From an uncultured Candidatus Saccharibacteria bacterium (GTDB taxonomy: Bacteria > Patescibacteriota > Minisyncoccia > Minisyncoccales > JANBVM01), in assembly GCA_964493485.1 (NCBI GenBank), contig CAZBMQ010000005.1:3832-67831 (forward strand): DNA of 64,000 nt, in the 5' to 3' direction. The translations under genes were made by a program, and so were the position numbers. This document shows positions 42,697 to 50,923 of the stretch, piece by piece. The notes under the pieces were generated by a model that was not told where the DNA came from, did not search any database, and saw only the letters and a list, made by a program, of their open reading frames with translations. Position 1 is the stretch's first letter. Each line of letters starts with the position of its first letter.

Positions 42697-42711
42697 GTAA
42701 GTTAAAGAAAA

Positions 42712-43632
42712 ATGAGTAAAAATCTAAGATTTTTCTTTACAGCTTTTACCATAAGTGCATTTTGGGCGCTGGGCATAAATATTTCTCAAAAAAATGTAGA
42801 AGATTTTTTTTATGCTCAGATTTCTAAACCTTTTGAAAATCCTGTATTGGTAAAGATACCGCCTAAACCTAAAAAACCAAAACTTGAAATTAACGCAGAA
42901 TCAGCAATTTCCTTTAAAATCAACAAAGCAGGCAGGGAAAAGATTGTTTTCAAAAAAGATCCAGAAAAGACTCTCCATATTGCTTCTTTAACTAAACTAA
43001 TGACAGCTCTGATTGTGCTGGAAAATACTCCAGAAGATGATTATAACTTTAAAAACCCAATCTCAATATCAAAAGAAGCAGAAAGCCAGGAAGATGTACC
43101 TATCTATGGCAATTTAAGAGAAGGGGAAACCCTTACAGTAGAAAAACTTTTAGATTTAATGCTCATTTATTCAAGTAATGATGCAGCTTTCGCGCTTTCT
43201 GAGGTTATTGGTAAAGAAGAGTTTGTAGAGAAAATGAACCAAAAAGCCCAAGCTTTAGGTCTTGAAAATACCCATTTTGTTAACCCAACAGGTCTAGATC
43301 CAGAAGACCAAGAAACAATTCCAAATTATTCCAGTGCTAAAGATTTAGTAAGTCTTTCAAAATATATTCTTAAAAATTATCCTTTGATATTTGAAATATC
43401 TATCAAAAAAGGGCCATATCCTACAAAAAACGGAGTTTCTGATCTGCACTTATCAGAAGGACAAAAATTTATTGGAGGAAAAACAGGATACACAGAAAAA
43501 GCAGGAGGATGTATGCTTGTAATCTTCGAGGACAAAAAAGGAAGCCGTTTTATAAATATAATATTGGGAACTGAATCTCCAGAAGATAGAGTCAAAGAGA
43601 TGCAAAAATTAATCAATTGGTTAGCATTATAA
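42712..43632 (+). CDS. D-alanyl-D-alanine carboxypeptidase (PBP5/6, S11 family)
   Basis: It carries the SxxK (ASLTKLMT), SxN (YSSNDAA) and KTG (GKTGYT) motifs, plus an N-terminal signal/anchor. Confidence 0.75.
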   Translation: MSKNLRFFFTAFTISAFWALGINISQKNVEDFFYAQISKPFENPVLVKIPPKPKKPKLEINAESAISFKINKAGREKIVFKKDPEKTLHIASLTKLMTALIVLENTPEDDYNFKNPISISKEAESQEDVPIYGNLREGETLTVEKLLDLMLIYSSNDAAFALSEVIGKEEFVEKMNQKAQALGLENTHFVNPTGLDPEDQETIPNYSSAKDLVSLSKYILKNYPLIFEISIKKGPYPTKNGVSDLHLSEGQKFIGGKTGYTEKAGGCMLVIFEDKKGSRFINIILGTESPEDRVKEMQKLINWLAL

Positions 43633-43650
43633 ATCCATATTCTAAAACTC

Positions 43651-43800
43651 TTGACATCTTTTTTAAAAAATATTTAAATATTACTTAGCAGGAGATAGTT
43701 TAGAATATAGTTTTCTTACTCATCTCACCTAAAAAACTTTTTTAACTATCTCCTGCGCTTTCTCATTTTATTAAAAACTGCTTTAAAGAGCGGTTTTTAT
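43651..43800 (+). ncRNA. Candidate small RNA / leader: promoter, 13-bp stem with 43-nt loop, terminator
   Basis: TTGACA 43651-43656 is followed after 17 nt by TTAAAT. GCAGGAGATAGTT (43688-43700) pairs perfectly with AACTATCTCCTGC (43744-43756). A terminator-like hairpin plus T-run lies at 43775-43800. There is no ATG ORF, and the element sits 34 nt upstream of mraY. Confidence 0.4.
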
Positions 43801-43833
43801 TTTAACTAAAATCTGATATAATGAATAAAGTTT

Positions 43834-44925
43834 ATGATTACTCTTTTTACTTTTAATGTAATTAAACTTTCAATATTGTCTGCTTTAAGTGCTATAATTT
43901 CTTTTCTCTGGGCGCCTTTTTTAATTAAGTTTTTAAAAAAGGCCAAATTCTGGAAAAAAAATGCAAGACAAAAAACAATTACCAATGAGGAAGCAACTGT
44001 TTTTTATTCTTTACACAAAGATAAAGAAACTACTGTACCAAGGGGTGGGGGAGTCTTGATCTGGGTTTCAATATTAATAATAATATTGTTAATCTATCTT
44101 CTATCTTATATACCTCACCCTTGGTGGATAAGATGGATTCCAAGATTCAATTTTGTATCAAGAAACGAAACATGGCTTCCTCTCTTTACTCTTGTGGTAG
44201 GATCTATTGTGGGTCTAATTGATGATATCTTGACTGTCTATGGAAAAGGAAAATATATAGGTGGAGGAATGAGTTTTAAAAGAAGATTATTGATTGTGAT
44301 ATTAATAGGATTAATTGGGGGCTTATGGTTTTACTTCAAGCTAGAATGGGATACTATTCATATTCCTCTAATCTATAATTTTCCTGAAGGAATTGATGTT
44401 TCAATAGGAATCTGGTATATGCCTCTCTTTATCATTGTGATGTTAGCCTCATGGGCAGGCGGGGTGGTTGATGGTTTAGATGGTTTATCAGGAGGAATCT
44501 TTGCATCTATTTTTGGAGCTTTTGCAATAATTGCTTTTTCGCAAGGCAAAACAGATTTAGCTACTTTTTGCGGTGTAATTGTGGGAACACTTTTTGCTTT
44601 TTTGTGGTTTAACATACCACCTGCAAAATTCTATATGGGAGAGACAGGAATCTTAGGTTTAACCTCAACAATGGCAGTTATTTCTTTTTTAACCGATTCG
44701 GTCGTAGTCCTTCCTATTATAGCAGGCATACTTGTTTTGGAAGTAAGCTCTATAATTATTCAACTCTTATCTAAAAAATTCCGCAAAAAAAAGATCTGGC
44801 TATGTACACCTATCCATCATCATTTCGAGGCTAAAGGCTGGCCTTCTTATAAAGTAACAATGAGATTTTGGATTATGGGCGTAATATTTGGCATCTTAGG
44901 AGTAGCTATACGTCTTTTAGGTTAA
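43834..44925 (+). CDS. mraY: Phospho-N-acetylmuramoyl-pentapeptide transferase
   Basis: Polytopic protein. It carries LIDDILTV, DGLDGLSGG and the hallmark PIHHHFE motif. Confidence 0.9.
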   Translation: MITLFTFNVIKLSILSALSAIISFLWAPFLIKFLKKAKFWKKNARQKTITNEEATVFYSLHKDKETTVPRGGGVLIWVSILIIILLIYLLSYIPHPWWIRWIPRFNFVSRNETWLPLFTLVVGSIVGLIDDILTVYGKGKYIGGGMSFKRRLLIVILIGLIGGLWFYFKLEWDTIHIPLIYNFPEGIDVSIGIWYMPLFIIVMLASWAGGVVDGLDGLSGGIFASIFGAFAIIAFSQGKTDLATFCGVIVGTLFAFLWFNIPPAKFYMGETGILGLTSTMAVISFLTDSVVVLPIIAGILVLEVSSIIIQLLSKKFRKKKIWLCTPIHHHFEAKGWPSYKVTMRFWIMGVIFGILGVAIRLLG

Positions 44926-44929
44926 TAAT

Positions 44930-46327
44930 ATGACAGCTGGTTTTCTCAGAAAAAAATATCCTAAATTCATTTTTGAAAACTTTTCATATAAAATTTCTAA
45001 GGAGGATTTAGAAATTTTTTTTGATTTCAAAATCCCGCCGGATATTGAGTTTCGTCCAAAATTAACCATTAAAAATGTAGAAAAAGCTCGAATAAAAAAA
45101 ATAAGAAAGAAGGTTTTTAATAATTTAATCTTTCATTTAGGATTAATTGAACTTTTGAGTTATTGGAAAACAACATGTTCCCCCGAGATTGAGATTAAAT
45201 CAGGAAAATTAAACGAAAATCAAATTAAATGGTGGAAGAACTTGATAATAAATGGAATGGGACAGTTTTTCTATAAAAATAGAATCAACTGGACCTCCAG
45301 AAATTTCTTAATCCTAAAATCAAAACCTGCGGAGGACGGGCCTCCGCAAACTTATAAAAAAAGACTTAAAGAAGAGATATTAATCCCAATAGGGGGAGGA
45401 AAAGACTCTATAGTAACCTTGGAGCTCTTGAAGAATTCAGGATTTCCAATTAAATGCTTTTCTTTAAATCCTACTGAAACAACAAAAAAAGTAATGGAAG
45501 TGGGGAAGTGCCAAAATCCAATTATTGTAAAAAGAGAAATTGATTCAAATCTATACAAACTAAATCAGAGAGGTTTTTTGAATGGCCACACCCCTTTTTC
45601 AGCTTATTTAGCCTTTTTAAGTACACTGCTTGGTGTAGTTTTTAATAAAAAATACATTGCCTTTTCAAACGAAAGGAGTTCAAATGAAGGCAATCTAAAA
45701 TATTTAGGAAAAGAAATTAACCATCAGTATTCTAAGAGTTTTGATTTTGAACAAAAATTCAGAAAATATTCAAAGAAATACTTATCTAAAGATATAGAAT
45801 ATTTCAGTTTTTTAAGACCACTATACGAAATACAAATTGCAAGATTATTTTCTCATTACCCAAATTATTTTGATGCTTTTTTAAGCTGCAACGAGGCTTA
45901 TAGAACTCATTCAGGTACTAAAACACCTATCAAACAATGGTGTGGTAAATGCCCCAAATGCCTTTTTGTCTTTACCTGCCTTTATCCATTTATAGAAAAA
46001 AAAGATATAATTAGAATCTTTAAAGAAAATCTCTTTCAAAAAAAAGAATTGACATATTTAATGAAAGAATTGATTGGGGTCGAAAAATTCAAGCCTTTTG
46101 AGTGTGTAGGAACAAAAAAAGAAAGCTTAATAGCTTTTTATCTGAGCTGGAAAAAAAATAAAAAAGAAACAAAAAGAATACCATATCTCTTAAGATATTT
46201 TGAAAAAAATATATTGCCAAAATACACAAAATTAGAAAGGAAATCAAAAAGATTATTAAACTCTTGGAATAAAAACCATAATTTGTCTCCAGTATTCACA
46301 AAAATACTCAAAAAAGCTCTTAAATAA
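44930..46327 (+). CDS. Uncharacterised 465-aa PP-loop (adenine-nucleotide alpha-hydrolase-like) protein in the dcw cluster
   Basis: IPIGGGKDSIV (an SGGxDS-type PP-loop, around nt 45387-45410) and a downstream WCGKCPKC Cys cluster. It starts 4 nt after the mraY stop. Confidence 0.55.
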   Translation: MTAGFLRKKYPKFIFENFSYKISKEDLEIFFDFKIPPDIEFRPKLTIKNVEKARIKKIRKKVFNNLIFHLGLIELLSYWKTTCSPEIEIKSGKLNENQIKWWKNLIINGMGQFFYKNRINWTSRNFLILKSKPAEDGPPQTYKKRLKEEILIPIGGGKDSIVTLELLKNSGFPIKCFSLNPTETTKKVMEVGKCQNPIIVKREIDSNLYKLNQRGFLNGHTPFSAYLAFLSTLLGVVFNKKYIAFSNERSSNEGNLKYLGKEINHQYSKSFDFEQKFRKYSKKYLSKDIEYFSFLRPLYEIQIARLFSHYPNYFDAFLSCNEAYRTHSGTKTPIKQWCGKCPKCLFVFTCLYPFIEKKDIIRIFKENLFQKKELTYLMKELIGVEKFKPFECVGTKKESLIAFYLSWKKNKKETKRIPYLLRYFEKNILPKYTKLERKSKRLLNSWNKNHNLSPVFTKILKKALK

Positions 46328-46377
46328 ACTTGATAATTTTTAAAAAGTAATTAGAATCAAAGAGGAGGTGAAAACCA

Positions 46378-46692
46378 TTGCAAGTTACAATTGAACCAGA
46401 ATATTGGTTCATAAGAAAATATTATATTGGAGATATCATTATTTCTGCTAGTCAAACTGGTTATTTCGGAAGGTTTCTCTTGCTTAAAAAAAGAAGCCTT
46501 AAGAGGTTAGGAAAAATTGGGAGCTTTTTAATAAAAGAGTTATTAAAAATAAAAGGAATCTCTGAAGTATTCATTACACAAAAGTTTCTAAAAATATGGC
46601 TGTTGAGAGACTACAAGTGGGAAGATATTGATGACAAAATTCTTAAAGTACTTGAAGAAGCCTTAGAAAAAGCAAAAGATAAAGATCTTTAA
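46378..46692 (+). CDS. Small 104-aa protein (possible Nfu_N-like fold), paralog 1
   Basis: A strong SD (AGGAGGTGA) lies 7 nt upstream of the TTG start. The pattern GISEVFITQKFLKIWLLRDYKWEDIDDKILKVLEEAL resembles GV..VF....FI.V.K....W..I...I...I. The terminator is at 46691-46720. Confidence 0.45.
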   Translation: MQVTIEPEYWFIRKYYIGDIIISASQTGYFGRFLLLKKRSLKRLGKIGSFLIKELLKIKGISEVFITQKFLKIWLLRDYKWEDIDDKILKVLEEALEKAKDKDL

Positions 46693-46730
46693 AAACAGGC
46701 ATTTAAAAATGCCATTTTTTTATTCAAAAG

Positions 46731-46759
46731 TTGACAAATTATAAAATTTTGATTTAATA
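46731..46759 (+). promoter_or_regulatory. Sigma70-type promoter
   Basis: TTGACA 46731-46736, a 17-nt spacer, then TTAATA 46754-46759. Confidence 0.5.
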
Positions 46760-46769
46760 AACAAAAAGG

Positions 46770-47078
46770 GTGATTATATTGAGTGAAGCGAAAGTAGATG
46801 TTTTGAATTTGGGTGAATACAAAAGTTTTCATATTTTTTTCCCGGAAAATCTTACATATACAAAAAAACTTATTGTATTTACATTTCCTTTCGATGGTGA
46901 AAACTCAAACCTATATGTTTTAGAAAGGGGACAGCAGATTTTAAAAGATTTATTTAGTTGCTGTGGAGTAAAAGAAATACTTGTTTGCGGTAAATGTCTG
47001 TGTGTTAAGGCTGACAAAGAATACGCAGAAAGGATTCAAAAGATCTTAAAATCTCATGGAATCAAAATAGTATCTTAA
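46770..47078 (+). CDS. Small 102-aa protein, distant paralog 2 of 46378-46692
   Basis: ILKDLFSCCGVKEILVCGKCLCVKADKEYAERIQKILKSHG parallels the C-terminal half of 46378-46692. It has a GTG start, and the terminator hairpin AGAGTA-GCTA-TACTCT plus T-run lies at about 47105-47130. Confidence 0.4.
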   Translation: MIILSEAKVDVLNLGEYKSFHIFFPENLTYTKKLIVFTFPFDGENSNLYVLERGQQILKDLFSCCGVKEILVCGKCLCVKADKEYAERIQKILKSHGIKIVS

Positions 47079-47192
47079 AATTTAATAATTTATTTTTTAT
47101 TTAAAGAGTAGCTATACTCTTTTTTTTATTGTTTATATTTTTCAGCTTTTCTGATTTATTTTTAGCCTTTTTTATGTTATTTTTAATATATA

Positions 47193-48641
47193 ATGGAGTT
47201 AAAAGAATTAAAGAATAAAAAGATATTAATTTTAGGGTTTGGAAAAGAAGGAAGAGATACTTTTAAATTTTTAAGGAAAATTTTTCCCACAAAAACCATT
47301 GGAATTGCTGATAAACTGACATTAAAAGAATTGAACCCTCAAGCTCAAAAAATAATATCTCCATTTTTTGACGATCGTGAAAAAATGGAGATGAGAAAGG
47401 AAATAGGAAAGAAAAAAAGAGTAAAAAAGAAAAAAGGGGAAAGAAAAAGAAAAAAGGGGGATAGAAAAACTAAAAAGAAAATTAAATTATATTTAGGAAA
47501 GAATTATCTTAAAGCCTTAAAAGAATACGATGTAATAATCAAATCGCCAGGAATTCCTCCAAAAATAATACAGTCTTTTTTAAAAAAAGGACAAAAAGTA
47601 ACTTCACAAGCCGAGATTTTCTTAAAAAACTGCAAAGGTAGGATTATAGGAATAACAGGAACAAAAGGAAAAAGTACAACTACTGCTTTAATCTATAAAA
47701 TCCTTAAAGAAAATAAATTCAAGGTTCATTTGGTTGGAAACATAGGGAAACCTGTATTAGCTCTATTATTGTCATCTAGACCAAAGGATATATATGTATA
47801 TGAACTTTCATCTCACCAGCTTTTTAATCTAAAACAGAGTCCCCATATAGCCGTTTTGCTGAATATTTATCCTGAACATTTAGACTATTACAAAAACGTT
47901 AAAGAATATATTAAAGCGAAAACAAACATCACAAGATACCAAACAAAAGAAGATTTTTTAATTTTTGACCCAAACAATAAGATTGTCAAAGAAATAGCAA
48001 AAAAATCAAAGGCAAAAAAGATTCCTATAAACCTTGAAAGTAAAAAATTCAAACAAATTATTAAAAAAATAGGAAAAACTTCTTTGATAGGAAAATTTAA
48101 TTTAAAGAATATAGCAGCGGCAATTAAGGTAGGGGAGATATTTAAAGTTTCTGAGAAAAATATTATAACAGCAATCAAGAAATTTAAATCTCTTCCTCAC
48201 AGATTAGAATATGTTGGTACATACAAAGGTATTAAATTTTACAATGACGCCTTATCCACCATTCCAGAAGCCACAATAGCAGCATTAGAAAGTTTAGGTA
48301 AAAATGTCGAAACAATAATGCTAGGGGGGTTTGAAAGAAGATTAAAATTCGATAAATTAGCAGATAAAATTTCAAAGAGTAATATCAAAAACATAATCTT
48401 ATTTCCCACTACTGGAGAAAGAATCTGGAAAGAGATACGCAAAAAAAATCCAAGCAAACATTATAATGTATTCAAAGTAAATAATATGAAAAATGCTGTA
48501 AAATTAGCCTTTGAGCACACTGGTAGAAAAAAGATTTGTCTGCTTTCAACTGCATCTCCAAGTTTCAGTATTTTCCGCGATTACAAAGAAAAGGGAAATC
48601 TATTTAAAAAATATATTAAAAAGTATGGTAAAAACCAATAA
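47193..48641 (+). CDS. murD: UDP-N-acetylmuramoylalanine--D-glutamate ligase (MurD family) with lysine-rich insertion
   Basis: [11 protein letters not shown] and the P-loop [11 protein letters not shown] mark a Mur ligase layout. A roughly 40-aa K/R-rich insert ([24 protein letters not shown]) is encoded by the purine tract at about 47405-47480. Confidence 0.8.
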   Translation: MELKELKNKKILILGFGKEGRDTFKFLRKIFPTKTIGIADKLTLKELNPQAQKIISPFFDDREKMEMRKEIGKKKRVKKKKGERKRKKGDRKTKKKIKLYLGKNYLKALKEYDVIIKSPGIPPKIIQSFLKKGQKVTSQAEIFLKNCKGRIIGITGTKGKSTTTALIYKILKENKFKVHLVGNIGKPVLALLLSSRPKDIYVYELSSHQLFNLKQSPHIAVLLNIYPEHLDYYKNVKEYIKAKTNITRYQTKEDFLIFDPNNKIVKEIAKKSKAKKIPINLESKKFKQIIKKIGKTSLIGKFNLKNIAAAIKVGEIFKVSEKNIITAIKKFKSLPHRLEYVGTYKGIKFYNDALSTIPEATIAALESLGKNVETIMLGGFERRLKFDKLADKISKSNIKNIILFPTTGERIWKEIRKKNPSKHYNVFKVNNMKNAVKLAFEHTGRKKICLLSTASPSFSIFRDYKEKGNLFKKYIKKYGKNQ

Positions 48642-49743
48642 AGCGAATCCAGACTATATTCTAATGGGTATTACAGGACTATTAATAGTTTTTGGGATTA
48701 TCATACTGGCAAGCACTGCTACAAGCATTCCACCTGATAAATTTGGAAGCAATTATTATTTTCTGAACCATCAGATTATATTTGGTTTAATACCTGGCTT
48801 ACTACTAGGTCTTTTCCTTTTAAAACTACGCCTTTCTCTATTGAAAAAGATAGCTCCTGTATTATTGATAGTAAACATAATTTTGATGATGTTGGTTTTT
48901 GTTCCTAAAATAGGAATGAAGTCTGGAGGAACAGCAAGATGGATTTCGTTAGGGTTTTTATCTTTTCAGCCCTCTGAATTTCTAAAAATAACATTTATAC
49001 TTTATCTTGCCAGTTGGTTAGAAAGCAGAAAAAAACACGCTTATCTATCAGAAAGAGAAAAAGAATTTAAAGAAAGCCTGATAGCATTTTCAATAATCAT
49101 TGGTTTAATCACAGCGCTTTTAGCCTTGCAATCTGACATCAGTACTTTAATTGTTATTGTCTCTACCGGAATATTAATGTATTTCTTTGCAGAAACCCCA
49201 ATATGGCATATTGTGCTAATAGGGATTATGGGAATAGTAATTTTATTGTTTTTAATCCAACAAGCTCCTTATCGAATGCAAAGAATTTTAGTATTCTTAA
49301 ACCCAGAGAAAGATCCTATGGGTCTAGGTTATCAGATAAAACAATCTCTAATCGCTGTAGGTTCGGGTGGACTATTTGGAATAGGATTGGGAATGTCTCA
49401 ACAGAAATTTGGTCTTCTTCCACATCCTGCTTCTGATTCAGTATTCGCCATCTTAGCTGAAGAAACTGGATTTGTGGGCTCTACAGTTTTAATATTTCTT
49501 TTTTTATTATTCTTATGGGAAGGATATAAAATCGGACGAGAAAGCCACAGTTTATTTTCAAAATTAACAGCTCTTGGCATCACTTCCTGGATAATACTAC
49601 AGGCATTCATCAATATTGGTGCTATGATAGGTATATTACCCTTAACAGGCATACCTTTACCTTTTATCAGCTATGGCGGATCAGCCCTGCTGGCAGAATT
49701 AGCTGGTATAGGGATTTTATTGAATATATCAAAACATATCTAA
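48625..49743 (+). CDS. ftsW: SEDS-family peptidoglycan glycosyltransferase (FtsW/RodA)
   Basis: About 9-10 TM segments, with the patterns SEF.K, QQAPYR..R and [16 protein letters not shown]. The start is set at ATG 48625. Confidence 0.85.
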   Translation: MVKTNKANPDYILMGITGLLIVFGIIILASTATSIPPDKFGSNYYFLNHQIIFGLIPGLLLGLFLLKLRLSLLKKIAPVLLIVNIILMMLVFVPKIGMKSGGTARWISLGFLSFQPSEFLKITFILYLASWLESRKKHAYLSEREKEFKESLIAFSIIIGLITALLALQSDISTLIVIVSTGILMYFFAETPIWHIVLIGIMGIVILLFLIQQAPYRMQRILVFLNPEKDPMGLGYQIKQSLIAVGSGGLFGIGLGMSQQKFGLLPHPASDSVFAILAEETGFVGSTVLIFLFLLFLWEGYKIGRESHSLFSKLTALGITSWIILQAFINIGAMIGILPLTGIPLPFISYGGSALLAELAGIGILLNISKHI

Positions 49744-49747
49744 TACT

Positions 49748-50875
49748 ATGAAAATATTACTTACAGGTGGAGGTACAGGAGGACATATCTTACCAATAAT
49801 AGCAGTTGTCAGAGAAATAAGGAAAATCTCACCCAAAGGAAAATTTGAGTTTTTTTACATTGGCCCAAAAGATGAATTCAGCAAACTTTTACTTTCCCAA
49901 GAAGATATTAAAGTAAAACACATATTAGCCGGGAAAATCAGAAGATATTTCACCCCAAAGAGTTTTTTGCAAAATATAATTGATATTTTCTTTAAAACGC
50001 CAATTGGTTTCTTTCAATCTTTTTCCTATATTTTCTTTCTGGCACCTGACTTAATATTCTCGAAAGGAGGGTTTGGTTCTGTCCCAGTCGTCTTAGCTGG
50101 ATGGATTCTTGGAGTAAGATCAATATTACATGAATCAGACGCTATACCCGGAATTTCAAACAGGCTTTTAGCTAGGTTCTGTGTAGAAATCTTCATTTCT
50201 TTCAGAAAAACTCTTTATTTGCCTGAAAGAAAGATGGTATTAGTAGGAAACCCAATCAGGAGAGAACTTTTAGAAGCTGAAAGAGAAGAGGCTCAAAAAT
50301 TCCTTAAATTAACCGGAAATAAACCTGTAGTCCTAATCTTAGGAGGTTCCCAAGGAGCTCAAAGGATTAATGACAAAATCTTAGATGTGTTGGAACAGCT
50401 TTTAAGAGAGTTCGAATTAATTCATCAATGTGGAGAAAAAAACTTCAATCAAGTCAAAAATGAAGCTAAAGCAATAATCCCTGAATTCTTACAAAAATAC
50501 TATCATCCTTACCCTTTCTTGAAAGAAGAAGAGCTCAAAAGAGCTTACGCTGCCTGTGATTTAGTAGTCTCAAGAGCTGGATCCGGTACGATATTTGAAA
50601 TAGCTGCTGTTGGTAAACCTTCTATCCTAATTCCTTTACCAGAATCTGCCCAGGAACATCAAATCAAAAATGCTTATGAATATGCATTAAATGGAGCGGC
50701 AATAGTATTAGAAGAAGCAAATTTCACTCCTCGTTTCTTCCTTGAAAAATTAAAATATCTCTTTTCTCATCCTGAAGACTTAGAAAAAATGAAAAAGGCA
50801 GCTAAAGAATTCGCAAAACCTTTAGCTGCAAAAACAATTGCAGGATATATAGTAGAATACTTAACTATGCAATAA
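49748..50875 (+). CDS. murG: UDP-N-acetylglucosamine--N-acetylmuramyl-(pentapeptide) pyrophosphoryl-undecaprenol GlcNAc transferase
   Basis: The N-terminal LTGGGTGGHILP, together with GGSQGA and the overall MurG pattern. 375 aa. Confidence 0.85.
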   Translation: MKILLTGGGTGGHILPIIAVVREIRKISPKGKFEFFYIGPKDEFSKLLLSQEDIKVKHILAGKIRRYFTPKSFLQNIIDIFFKTPIGFFQSFSYIFFLAPDLIFSKGGFGSVPVVLAGWILGVRSILHESDAIPGISNRLLARFCVEIFISFRKTLYLPERKMVLVGNPIRRELLEAEREEAQKFLKLTGNKPVVLILGGSQGAQRINDKILDVLEQLLREFELIHQCGEKNFNQVKNEAKAIIPEFLQKYYHPYPFLKEEELKRAYAACDLVVSRAGSGTIFEIAAVGKPSILIPLPESAQEHQIKNAYEYALNGAAIVLEEANFTPRFFLEKLKYLFSHPEDLEKMKKAAKEFAKPLAAKTIAGYIVEYLTMQ

Positions 50876-50923
50876 TCCCTGTAAGATTTGACTAAATAAG
50901 AAACTTATTTGAAAATTAAGTTG

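Noticed and set aside
47405-47480. Possible CRISPR or satellite-like repeats (purine-rich tract; also 16562-16609 and 37668-37698)
   Set aside because: There are only two adjacent copies each, with no spacers. The first two lie inside conserved ORFs and preserve the reading frame. No CRISPR array or cas gene is present anywhere in the window.
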